63,394 nt of DNA from the NCBI GenBank assembly GCA_018896215.1, contig JAHINB010000017.1:1-63394 (forward strand), given 5' to 3'. This document shows, piece by piece, positions 22,219-30,802 of this stretch. A program made the translations under genes and the position numbers. Each line of letters begins with the position of its first letter. The stretch's first letter is position 1. Under the pieces are notes generated by a model, which saw nothing but the letters and a program-made list of their open reading frames with translations, made no database searches and was not told the DNA's origin. The stretch is from Patescibacteria group bacterium (lineage in GTDB: Bacteria > Patescibacteriota > WWE3 > 0-14-0-20-40-13).

Positions 22219-22300
22219 TAGTGTTACGGAATTGCTTCCCGCCCGCATCGCCTAACGGCTCAGCGTTTGGCGGGCGCGGTATCCATTAAGCTACGACGAC
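22219..22300 (-). other. tRNA 5'-fragment-like sequence fused to a GC-rich hairpin (not a foldable tRNA)
   Basis: GTCGTCGTAGCTTAATGGATA matches the first 21 nt of the adjacent tRNA-Arg at 18 positions. No D-stem return, T arm or acceptor 3' strand is present. It is followed by a CGCCCGC...GCGGGCG hairpin. Confidence 0.4.
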
Positions 22301-22329
22301 ATGTTATCCCCCATTGTACTACACCTAAA

Positions 22330-22366
22330 CCAAACGACAATCAGGGCGCAATTAGCGCCCTGATTT
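22330..22366 (-). terminator. hairpin terminator after the LytR_C-domain gene
   Basis: ATCAGGGCGC-aatta-GCGCCCTGAT, then a U-rich tail on the minus strand. Confidence 0.5.
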
Positions 22367-22395
22367 AGAAAGGAGAGAGACCTGTAAAAATTTTA

Positions 22396-23376
22396 TCAAA
22401 GGCTACCTATCTTGTCAACTCCAACAACCACAATAATATCCGCCCGGTAGGCGTTTGAAGTATAGACCGACAAATCATCTTGCCAAAGAATTGTTTTTAA
22501 ATTTAAGTTTTGCGAGATGGTTTTTAGAGTTTGGGGGTAGGAGTTGCCATTGTAGGCGACGACGCTTTGATCAAAAATTTGTTCGCTGTTCTGCGCGTCC
22601 AGCACATACAAACCGGAATTCTTTAGAATGCGACCCATTTGCGTTGCCAGCCCTGGCTCTTGGGTAGCGTTTAAAACCAATACTTTTGCACCCTCCTCAC
22701 CTAAGATTCGTTCGTTGAGGGTTTGCTGCCACAGAAAATCAAATTTTGCGCCGTCGCCTCCCGCATCAATCGCTACAGTTGAGACCTCCGACTTTTTAGC
22801 GGTTTTCATAAAATTAGCCAGCAAAAAGACTTCAGGCAGAGAAAGATTGGTTTTGACACCATCTCGAGCAAACTTGGCGTTTTCCTTTAGGCTCAACAAA
22901 AACTTGGCATAATTTCCCTCACCAATTTCACCTTTTTCAAAATCTCCTAAAATCGTTTTGACAACTTTTTCTCCATTGGTATCGCAACTAATATAGCGAT
23001 TTACCGCCAAAGCGTATTTTGTTCCTATTTCCCTAATTTCTCCTTCGGGAAAAAGTAAATACTGATAACTACCCAAATCAGGCACTACCCGTAGTAAACC
23101 GTAAGATCCCCCATCGTTTTTACCAAACAATACATTAAGGCTAGACCTGCCGTCCCAAGCGGTTGTAACCCCAGCATAGTTGTCGGACGCTGAAACAAAA
23201 GGGGCTTTAAAAAGATTAAAAACCGAAAGCGCGTACAAAACAGCGCCAGAAAATAGCACGCAACAGATACCAAAAAGCACCAAACGGACTTTTTTAAAGA
23301 ATTTTTTTACCGCATGGGCTTGTTTCCAAGAGCGGGTATGGCGGGTTCTTTTGGGGCGCAGGGTTTTTCGTGGCAT
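22396..23376 (-). CDS. membrane-anchored protein with C-terminal LytR_C-like domain
   Basis: Basic N-terminus plus one TM helix. The C-terminal KVLVLNATQEPGLATQMGRILKNSGLYV...VVAYNG pattern matches the LytR C-terminal domain. Confidence 0.55.
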   Translation of the reverse strand: MPRKTLRPKRTRHTRSWKQAHAVKKFFKKVRLVLFGICCVLFSGAVLYALSVFNLFKAPFVSASDNYAGVTTAWDGRSSLNVLFGKNDGGSYGLLRVVPDLGSYQYLLFPEGEIREIGTKYALAVNRYISCDTNGEKVVKTILGDFEKGEIGEGNYAKFLLSLKENAKFARDGVKTNLSLPEVFLLANFMKTAKKSEVSTVAIDAGGDGAKFDFLWQQTLNERILGEEGAKVLVLNATQEPGLATQMGRILKNSGLYVLDAQNSEQIFDQSVVAYNGNSYPQTLKTISQNLNLKTILWQDDLSVYTSNAYRADIIVVVGVDKIGSL

Positions 23377-23469
23377 TGGGGTTATCTTACAAACACCTGA
23401 ATAGGCTTGCCACAAGCGGTTTACTATCTACGATAACTTATAGTCTTGTTATTCCTAGCTATGGGATAA

Positions 23470-23565
23470 GTTAGAGGGTATGTGGAAGTATTTATATTCC
23501 TCCAAATTCCCCTAGAATCCCCTAGAATCCTTTAAGGGACTTTAAGGGAATCTATGGGATTTTAC
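23470..23565. repeat. short tandem/low-complexity repeats (cccctagaatcc x2, ctttaaggga x2), family F-like
   Basis: Direct duplications visible in the intergenic region. Confidence 0.5.
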
Positions 23566-25280
23566 TAATATCTATAACCCTTGCGGGCTTTTGCCAACAG
23601 TGATTCCACTTTCTCCAACTCAAAATCCAAAAAATACAGCGCGTGGCGCGCTAAAGAAATGGACGCTTCAAACTCTGGCTCTACAACACGCGACACGCCC
23701 CTTATTTTAAGTCGGGCGGCATCCTTATCCTTGTGAGCGCGAGCAATAAATTTTGCCGTGGAGTTTAGTCGCAAGCAGTGTCCTAAAATTGCCTCGCTAT
23801 CGTTTACATCGGGCACGGCAACCAAAACCGCCGTACAACTTTTTATGCCCGATGCAATAAGTATCTCCTCATTTGTGGCATCTCCGTAAACAAACGGTTT
23901 CCCTTTACTCTTCAAATCTTTTAAGTGGGGAAGGTGGTAATCTATAACTACGAAAGGCATTTGCGCCAAATCAAGAATGAACGCCACCTGCCTCCCTACT
24001 CTCCCATACCCCACGATGATAATGTGATCCCGCAGATTCTCTTGATCCTTTTTAGGAAAACTTACTTCCGAATCGTGTCCCGCAACTACTTTTTGATATA
24101 TTTTAGGAGAATATCTTTTCAAAAATTTAAGCAGATAGAGGTACATTTTGTACGCAACGGACATCATAATTGGCGTTAGCGCCATAGACAAAACCACCAC
24201 CATAGTCAAAATATTAAAGATTCTATTATCAAAAATTTGTTCGTCTAGGGCAATTCGTCCCAAGATAAAAGAAAACTCCCCGACCCCAAACATGGCGCAG
24301 GCCGTTAAAAACGCCACTTTAGTATGAAGCTTAAAATTTAAACACAGCAAAAACACCGTCAAGACTTTTATGACCAATACAAAAATTAAAAGGATGATGA
24401 TGGCTCCCACAGACGACGGGTTAAAATTTGAGGAGGCGAAGTACCCAATGGAGACAAAAAATAAACAGGCGAACAAATCTCTAACTGGTCTAATTTGGGC
24501 AAAAACTTCGTGATTAACCGTGGCGGTGCTTAAAATTACCCCTGCCAAAAACGCTCCTACGGCAAAGGGCAACCCCAGCTCATAGGCAAAGGAAGCAAAC
24601 AGTAGCGCAAATGCAAAGCTGACGAGCAATAGCAACTCGTTGGACGATGCGATTGCCAGTTTTTTGAATAGGTACGGAATCGTTTTCCTACCAAATATTA
24701 GTGTTAAATAAAACAAAAATCCCGCCTTTGCAATTGGTATTAGTATTTCCCACACTCCTATTTTTCCGCTAAAAAGCGTTAGCAACACCATTATTGGTAA
24801 TACCGCTAAATCCTGCACCACCAGCCACCCCAAACTTAACTCCCCATAAATCGAATTGGTTTCTCCCCGATCATAAAGAGCCTTTGCTACAACAGCGGTA
24901 GAGGTTAAGGAGATAGCCAGTGATAAAAATAACGCCTGCAGATAACTGATACCCAACACCACGGGAAAAAGAAAGAACCCCACCGTTGCCACAATTGCAA
25001 TCTGCGCCAAAGCCCCCAAAACTGCCGGTTTTCCCACAACCTTTAAATGATCCAGGTTAAATTCTATGCCCAAAGTAAAAAGCAAAAGGGCAATCCCAAT
25101 TTCCGAAAAAAAGTTTACGAACTCGGGATTTTCTATTCTTGCGGAGAACAAAGCTCCAAAGACCGCCCCAGCAAACAAGTAACCAACTATTACCGGAAGC
25201 CGTAGTTTGTGGGCAATCATTCCACCGACAAAAGCAACCGAAATGATAATAGCAATTTGTAGTATTAACGGCGGAAGCAT
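23565..25280 (-). CDS. CPA2-family cation:proton antiporter with C-terminal TrkA-N (RCK) domain
   Basis: Kef-type N-terminus with about 12 TM helices, followed by the Rossmann motif IIIVGYGRVGRQVA. Confidence 0.88.
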   Translation of the reverse strand: MLPPLILQIAIIISVAFVGGMIAHKLRLPVIVGYLFAGAVFGALFSARIENPEFVNFFSEIGIALLLFTLGIEFNLDHLKVVGKPAVLGALAQIAIVATVGFFLFPVVLGISYLQALFLSLAISLTSTAVVAKALYDRGETNSIYGELSLGWLVVQDLAVLPIMVLLTLFSGKIGVWEILIPIAKAGFLFYLTLIFGRKTIPYLFKKLAIASSNELLLLVSFAFALLFASFAYELGLPFAVGAFLAGVILSTATVNHEVFAQIRPVRDLFACLFFVSIGYFASSNFNPSSVGAIIILLIFVLVIKVLTVFLLCLNFKLHTKVAFLTACAMFGVGEFSFILGRIALDEQIFDNRIFNILTMVVVLSMALTPIMMSVAYKMYLYLLKFLKRYSPKIYQKVVAGHDSEVSFPKKDQENLRDHIIIVGYGRVGRQVAFILDLAQMPFVVIDYHLPHLKDLKSKGKPFVYGDATNEEILIASGIKSCTAVLVAVPDVNDSEAILGHCLRLNSTAKFIARAHKDKDAARLKIRGVSRVVEPEFEASISLARHALYFLDFELEKVESLLAKARKGYRY

Positions 25281-25285
25281 TGTAT

Positions 25286-25327
25286 TTATGGGGTAGTACC
25301 CCTACGGGGTACTACCCCCTTGAATTT
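25286..25327. repeat. palindromic element family B copy
   Basis: GGGGTAGTACCCC-tac-GGGGTACTACCCCC. Encodes the C-terminal ..IQGGSTP plus the stop of the rluA-like gene. Confidence 0.8.
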
Positions 25328-26006
25328 CTAGCAATTCTTTAGGTAATTTACTCGCAAAAGTTACTCTTTTACCCGTCGTTGGATGCGTTAACGAAAGCCT
25401 TGTAGCGTGCAAAAACATTCTGGGACACCACTTGCCATCTATTTTATGCCTCTTTCTTCCAGCATACAATACATCTGCCACAATCGGCATTCTCATGCTT
25501 GCCAAATGAACCCTAATTTGATGCGTTCTTCCAGTTGTGGGTACACATTTGATTAAGGAAAAATCGCCGTATTCGTTGCTAAATTGGGAGATGAGAGAAA
25601 AAGCAGTCGTGGATTCTCGCCCGCCTTGAACAATCGCCCATTTAATTCTATTTCGAGGATTGCGACCTAGCGGAGCATTGACAACTATTTCCTCTTGTAA
25701 CATTTTTCCATGAACCAGCGCAATGTATTCTTTTTCGACTTCGCGGGATTTAAACTGCCGTTGCAGTTCCCCAAACGCTTCTAGATTCTTAGCAATGATG
25801 AGTATGCCACTGGTATCCTTATCTAATCGATGCACAATACCACTGCGCTCATAAAAATCCCCCACCCCCTCTACTTCCCCCCACCTCGCCCTCACCCAAT
25901 CCTGAACCGTCTCTCCCCGTTGGGTTTCCGACCGATTGACCACAACCCCCCACGGTTTGTCCACAACTAATAAGCTTTTATCTTGATAAATGATTGGGAT
26001 GTCCAT
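25302..26006 (-). CDS. RluA-family pseudouridine synthase
   Basis: HRLDKDTSGILIIAK catalytic motif. No S4 domain. Confidence 0.88.
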   Translation of the reverse strand: MDIPIIYQDKSLLVVDKPWGVVVNRSETQRGETVQDWVRARWGEVEGVGDFYERSGIVHRLDKDTSGILIIAKNLEAFGELQRQFKSREVEKEYIALVHGKMLQEEIVVNAPLGRNPRNRIKWAIVQGGRESTTAFSLISQFSNEYGDFSLIKCVPTTGRTHQIRVHLASMRMPIVADVLYAGRKRHKIDGKWCPRMFLHATRLSLTHPTTGKRVTFASKLPKELLEIQGGSTP

Positions 26007-26009
26007 TGC

Positions 26010-27011
26010 CTATTTGTTGGCGCAGGAAACACAGGTGGTAGCGTAAGGATTGGCTTTAAGCCTAGCTTCTTCTATTTTTCCTCCGCACTTTTCGCACTTG
26101 CCATACTTTCCAAGGTTGATCAGAGCAAGAGTTTTTTCTATGGTACCTTTTAATTTAGCGTACATTCCTTTTTGCATTACCAGCGACTCCTTTTCTAAAT
26201 CAAAAGCCACCGCGTCTCCTTCTTCTACAGCTGTTTCTCCATCTTGATAATCCTGCTGTGACGGATCTTGCGCCTTAAGCTCGGCCTCTTCCTTTTCGAT
26301 TTTTTTCTTTTTTAAAAGCAAACTTTTTCTGATGCTTTCGACAAAGCCCTTGTTTTCGACTTCTTTTGCCATATAGATAATTGTAATCAAAAACAAGACA
26401 AAGTACAAGACCACCTTTGCTATAAGCAATTTAACATCCGTAAGAACACTGTACGAGGTTAAAAAAAGAATTAGAGTAATTGTAAAAAGATAAAAATTAA
26501 GACCCGCAAAAACAAACGGTTTGAGCCTCCTCACCTTATAGACTTTAGAGCTCCTACCAACCATTAAACCTTTATCTAAAAAGTTAAAGACTAAAAACAT
26601 CAAAAACCAGAAACCTCCCGAGAACAGGTCTAGAAGATTCCCATACTGCTCGAATGACCCGAAATACACAACTGCCAAAAAAATGCTTAGACCTTTAACC
26701 AAAACATCGCAGACCTTATACAAAGACCATTGACGAAAAAGCCTAATATAAATATAAGAGAAAAAAATGGCAAACACCGTTCCAAAGCAGACATCGTACC
26801 CCGCCTGCATTATGGAGTTTAAATTATAATAGCCATAAATTCTCGGGTTTAAAATTAAATAGGCTATTTTGCCAAAGAGCAAAAACGCGCCAGCCATAAC
26901 AAAAAGCAAATCCACAACCTGCTCTTCCAAAAACCCCTCTCTTTTGGAAAGAAAGTAGGTAAAGTATAAAAGCAAAATCGAGCCAATTGTTAAGGCGATG
27001 TAGAAGTGCAT
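26010..27011 (-). CDS. polytopic membrane domain fused to a C-terminal TraR/DksA C4 zinc finger
   Basis: About 210 aa of TM helices, then a charged linker, then CEKCGGKIEEARLKANPYATTCVSC (CxxC-N17-CxxC). Confidence 0.6.
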   Translation of the reverse strand: MHFYIALTIGSILLLYFTYFLSKREGFLEEQVVDLLFVMAGAFLLFGKIAYLILNPRIYGYYNLNSIMQAGYDVCFGTVFAIFFSYIYIRLFRQWSLYKVCDVLVKGLSIFLAVVYFGSFEQYGNLLDLFSGGFWFLMFLVFNFLDKGLMVGRSSKVYKVRRLKPFVFAGLNFYLFTITLILFLTSYSVLTDVKLLIAKVVLYFVLFLITIIYMAKEVENKGFVESIRKSLLLKKKKIEKEEAELKAQDPSQQDYQDGETAVEEGDAVAFDLEKESLVMQKGMYAKLKGTIEKTLALINLGKYGKCEKCGGKIEEARLKANPYATTCVSCANK

Positions 27012-27110
27012 ATTGTTAAATTCTAATATCTAAACTCTAAATTCTAAACAAATTCAAAATTTAAAATTCAAACATCAAAACAGTTTTTGGATTTTGAAAA
27101 TTGAAAATTA
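27012..27110. repeat. AT-rich MITE-like element family D copy
   Basis: ttctaatatctaaactctaaattctaaacaaattcaaaat... Overlaps the 3' end of the DHH gene. Confidence 0.6.
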
Positions 27111-28138
27111 TCAACCACCCCCAACACCTTTCTCTCCGCCTCTTCTAAATCTATGCCAAGCAATAGTGCTGCAGAAGCCGCCTTGTGTCCCCCACCCCCG
27201 AGCGCCTTAGCGTAAATTGATGTATCCACGCCTTTTTGCGACCTAAAACTCACATGAATTCTTTTGGGTTCTTCCTCATTTAGAGTAAAGCAAAAGTCGT
27301 ATCCTCTAATATCCTTGATGGAGTCCACCGCCCCACCAACTTTATCTGGTTCAATATTGCTATCAAGGTACTCTTGATGGCTAATCTTACTATAACAAAA
27401 TCTTTTCTCATCATTAAACTTAAGATTATTATAAATGATTGAGAGATATTTTTTGTTCTCTTTGGGATAATTGTAAAGCATAATGCTAGACAGTTCTTGA
27501 TAATCCACGGTTGAGATAAGTTCTGCGACAATGCCAAGGAGCTTTGGAGAAATTTTCCATTTCAAATGCCCCGTGTCGGACAAAATACCCAGCAAAATCA
27601 TTTTTAGAATTTTCGGGTGACACCCCAAAACAGTGCCTTTAGGGGTGTCACCCGAAAATTTCCTCCCTTCCCTAAAGATTTGGTAAATTATCTCACTCGT
27701 GGAACTAGCTGTAGTATCCACATAATTTACCCCACCAAAATAAACAAGTTTGTTTCTGACGAAATAACTATTACCGGGGTGGTGATCAAGATTAATAATC
27801 TTGAGATTTGGTGGCAAGGTAAAATTGATTTTGTTATCTTTAGTGTATCTTGCCAAATCGGTAGAATCCAAAGCCAGCAGGGTATCGTATTTGGACATAT
27901 CCATTTTGTCTAACCCAGTCTCCCAATTGACAATTTTGTACTCGGGTAGCAAATCATAAAAACTCCCCATAGTATCGGCGCAAACGACTGTGGGGTTCTT
28001 GCCCATGCTTTGCAAAATGTAGTACGAGGCAAGAGCGCTTCCAAACGAATCCCCATCGGGACGGAAGTGGAGAGGGATAAGCACATGATTACTGTTTGCA
28101 AGAGCCGTTTTAACTTCAGAGAAGGTATTATTTTCCAT
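27068..28138 (-). CDS. DHH/DHHA1 phosphoesterase (NrnA-like)
   Basis: PDGDSFGS, DHH and GGGH motifs in canonical order. Confidence 0.8.
   Translation of the reverse strand: MENNTFSEVKTALANSNHVLIPLHFRPDGDSFGSALASYYILQSMGKNPTVVCADTMGSFYDLLPEYKIVNWETGLDKMDMSKYDTLLALDSTDLARYTKDNKINFTLPPNLKIINLDHHPGNSYFVRNKLVYFGGVNYVDTTASSTSEIIYQIFREGRKFSGDTPKGTVLGCHPKILKMILLGILSDTGHLKWKISPKLLGIVAELISTVDYQELSSIMLYNYPKENKKYLSIIYNNLKFNDEKRFCYSKISHQEYLDSNIEPDKVGGAVDSIKDIRGYDFCFTLNEEEPKRIHVSFRSQKGVDTSIYAKALGGGGHKAASAALLLGIDLEEAERKVLGVVDNFQFSKSKNCFDV
27611..27658. repeat. family A palindrome inside the DHH gene (in frame)
   Basis: TTCGGGTGACACCCC...GGGGTGTCACCCGAAAA is translated as FSGDTPKGTVLGCHPK. Confidence 0.85.
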
Positions 28139-29387
28139 AAACTATTTCTTCCAACCTCTCTTTATTCTTATAATTCCCTACTACTGCCAAGCTTAAGTTT
28201 TGAGGTACAAATTTTTCTTTTAAAAATTTGCTGATGTCTTCACTCGTTACCTCATCTATTTTACGAGCGTATTCTTGAGGTTCTTGCAATTTTCCTTTGA
28301 GTAGTAGATCAAAGGCGTAGTATTCGTTTAATCCCTCGGTGGTTTCTAGCCCCATATACAACCCACCTTTGATATATTCTTTGGCTCTTTCCAATTGTTT
28401 TGGTTTTATTCCCTGTTCTATAATTTCCCTAATTTCCCCTATCATCCCAACTAATGCTTCTTCCAACTTTGCCGTTGCCACCCCGGCCGACATTTTAAGT
28501 ACACCGGTGTCTTGATAATAAACAGCGCTGGAACTGCAATAATACGCCAAACCCATTTTTTCCCGCAGAACCTCAAACATTAAGCTCCCCAACCCGCTTC
28601 CAATATGAGCGTTAAGAACATCAACAACTGGTGTTAGTGATGAGAGCATCCTGCAGGTTTTTATCCCCAATCTTAAATGTGCCTGCTCGCTTTGCCGAGT
28701 CTCCAACAAAATAGTTGACTGCGGATTTTCCTTTTTTTCCTCTACGGACAAACCCTGGGATTTCCACGAACCTAAATCCTTTAAATTTTTTAAAACTTGG
28801 GACAATTCCGCGTTTCCGGCAACGGCAAGGAGCGTATTTTTGGGGGCGTAATTCTTTTTAAAGTTGATAAAATTATCTCTAGTCATGCCCTTGATTGTTT
28901 CTTCGGTCCCCAAAAGCGAGCGACCCAAAACCCCCTTGCCAAAAGTTGCCTCAAAAAATAAATCTCCAGCGCGGTAAATTGGCTCGTCTTTGTGAAGTTT
29001 AATCTCCTCTAATATAACTCCTTTCTCTTTTTCCATCTCGTTGACAGGAAAAGTTGAGTTTAGGTAAATATCGCTTAAAATGTCCAGATATTTTGCCAAA
29101 TGACTCTTGTTTCCCATAATAAAATAACCGGTAAATTCCTGCCAAGTAAAAGCGTTGGTTCGGGCGCCTAAAAGCTCAATTTCTCGATTGATTTCTATGG
29201 GATTGGGTCTTTTTGGCGTTCCTTTAAAAGCCATGTGTTCTAAAAAGTGAGCAATTCCCGAAACCTCCGGGGATTCTACACGACCGCCGATTGAGGTTAA
29301 AATCATTACATTGACCGTCTCGACATTGGGATTTGGGATTGTGAGAATACGGAGTCCTGTTGGCAGAGTTGTAACTTGCGGTTTCAT
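28128..29387 (-). CDS. M16 family (pitrilysin/insulinase-like) zinc peptidase
   Basis: HFLEHMAFKG (HxxEH) motif, two-domain size. Confidence 0.88.
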   Translation of the reverse strand: MKPQVTTLPTGLRILTIPNPNVETVNVMILTSIGGRVESPEVSGIAHFLEHMAFKGTPKRPNPIEINREIELLGARTNAFTWQEFTGYFIMGNKSHLAKYLDILSDIYLNSTFPVNEMEKEKGVILEEIKLHKDEPIYRAGDLFFEATFGKGVLGRSLLGTEETIKGMTRDNFINFKKNYAPKNTLLAVAGNAELSQVLKNLKDLGSWKSQGLSVEEKKENPQSTILLETRQSEQAHLRLGIKTCRMLSSLTPVVDVLNAHIGSGLGSLMFEVLREKMGLAYYCSSSAVYYQDTGVLKMSAGVATAKLEEALVGMIGEIREIIEQGIKPKQLERAKEYIKGGLYMGLETTEGLNEYYAFDLLLKGKLQEPQEYARKIDEVTSEDISKFLKEKFVPQNLSLAVVGNYKNKERLEEIVYGK

Positions 29388-29408
29388 GCGAGTATAATAC
29401 CAGACTAT

Positions 29409-29966
29409 ATGCTTTCCGCAACAGAGTTAAGAAAAGGCATCGTTTTTACTCATGAGAACTCTCCCCAGCTGGTGCTGGACTATAAACATGTTAAAAGCGC
29501 TCGAGGAGGGGCAATTATCAGAGTTAAATGCAAAAATTTAAAAAATGGCGTGGTGCGCGAAATTACACTTAACAATGGAAACAAGGTCGAGGAAGCGGAT
29601 ATTGAACGCAAGACATTTGATTATTTATACAAGGATGCTAGCGCTGTTCACCTAACGGATGTAAAATCCCACGAACAAATTGATCTTCCGCTAGATTTGT
29701 TTGAGGGACAAGAGAAATTTCTTAAAGATGGGGTGACTGTTACAATTTTATTTTTTGAGGATACTCCCCTCTCCCCCCAATTACCCTTAAAATTAGAATT
29801 TAAAGTGGTTTACACCGAACCCGGCTATGCCGGAAACACCTCGACAACAGTTTACAAAGACGCCGAGATTGAAACCGGAGCAGTGATAAAGGTTCCTTTG
29901 TTTATTAAAATCGGTGAGACAATTTTGGTAAATACCAGCACAGGCGGGTATGTCTCTCGAGCCTAA
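29409..29966 (+). CDS. efp: elongation factor P
   Basis: LRKGIVFTHENSPQLVLDYKHVKSARGGAIIRVKCKNLKNG. Three-domain length from Met at 29409. Confidence 0.92.
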   Translation: MLSATELRKGIVFTHENSPQLVLDYKHVKSARGGAIIRVKCKNLKNGVVREITLNNGNKVEEADIERKTFDYLYKDASAVHLTDVKSHEQIDLPLDLFEGQEKFLKDGVTVTILFFEDTPLSPQLPLKLEFKVVYTEPGYAGNTSTTVYKDAEIETGAVIKVPLFIKIGETILVNTSTGGYVSRA

Positions 29967-29984
29967 CTAAATTCCTTCCCCCGC

Positions 29985-30043
29985 TTTTCGGGGAGACACC
30001 CCTAAAGGCATTTGAATTCTGTTTGGGGGTGTCTCCCCAAAAA
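29985..30043. repeat. family A palindrome, intergenic
   Basis: TTTTCGGGGAGACACCCCTAAAGGCA...GGGGGTGTCTCCCCAAAA. Confidence 0.85.
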
Positions 30044-30079
30044 ATCTTCCACTCATTTTTCCCCCAATGTCACTATAGG

Positions 30080-30108
30080 TTGCATTTTGGCAAATTTTGT
30101 TCTATAAT
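30080..30108 (+). promoter_or_regulatory. sigma70-like promoter of GC-rich cassette 2
   Basis: TTGCAT, 17 nt, TATAAT. The -10 plus initial transcribed sequence (TATAATCTCCCTAGTTTG) is nearly repeated at 48491-48510, upstream of cassette 6. Confidence 0.55.
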
Positions 30109-30177
30109 CTCCCTAGTTTGATTCGAATGCCCGCGGGTGTCGTGTGGCAAAAAACCAACAACAAAAGGAGCTCAACA

Positions 30178-30654
30178 ATGGGACGCCAAATTCTAATCGG
30201 AATACTCACCGTCTTGATTTTCATCAATGTGATGCTGACCGGAGCGTTGGTGGATGCAAAGTTCCTTCACCTCTACCACGCATGCTTACCAGAAGACTGC
30301 GACTGCAGTGCACACCCGCCCATGTCCCCGACCGAGCTTGCATCGAGACCGACCCCGCAGCCGCCGCGGGTGATTGTATCTGCAGACCAAATGTACGCCA
30401 TCACAGAATACACGACGAGCAGGTTCGAGGGCGGCTACTTCTACCTGTCGGGAATCCGCGAGACGGTCCCAACGGAGTGGAGGTTTGGGCAGGACTGGTG
30501 TGACTGGTCCCAGATCAGCCCGCACCTCCACAAGGCAAAAGGTTTGACCGTGGAGGTTGAGGTGAAGAGTACCAGTCTGGTTTTCCGTGTCCCAGACACA
30601 GATAAACCAAACTGGGAACCCTACATCTGGACCTGCTACCCACCCGCCCGCTGA
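30178..30654 (+). CDS. GC-rich secreted/membrane-anchored ORFan
   Basis: AAGGAG-N7-ATG. N-terminal hydrophobic segment MGRQILIGILTVLIFINVMLTGALVDA. GC3-rich codons unlike neighbouring genes. Confidence 0.6.
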   Translation: MGRQILIGILTVLIFINVMLTGALVDAKFLHLYHACLPEDCDCSAHPPMSPTELASRPTPQPPRVIVSADQMYAITEYTTSRFEGGYFYLSGIRETVPTEWRFGQDWCDWSQISPHLHKAKGLTVEVEVKSTSLVFRVPDTDKPNWEPYIWTCYPPAR

Positions 30655-30670
30655 ACCCCCGCCTAACCCG

Positions 30671-30747
30671 AAACCGCCGAGCGGTGTGTTAAAGAAAGTG
30701 ATCTAAAAAATCACGATCCCAAACACATCTCCCGGCGGTTTAGTTTT
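30671..30747 (+). terminator. long hairpin terminator of cassette 2
   Basis: AAACCGCCG...CGGCGGTTT with nested GTGTGTT/AACACAT arms, then agtttt. Confidence 0.45.
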
Positions 30748-30802
30748 GCAAAAAACTCACTTTTTTGTAAATTGTACTTGACAAAAACTGCAAAAGACTT
30801 TT

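Noticed and set aside
30066-30082. T7-like single-subunit RNAP promoter (TCACTATAGG resembles the T7 core)
   Set aside because: Only the 8-10-nt core matches, and the upstream TAATACGAC part is absent. Orientations relative to downstream genes are inconsistent (17296 points away from cassette 1). No phage-type RNAP gene is present in the window.
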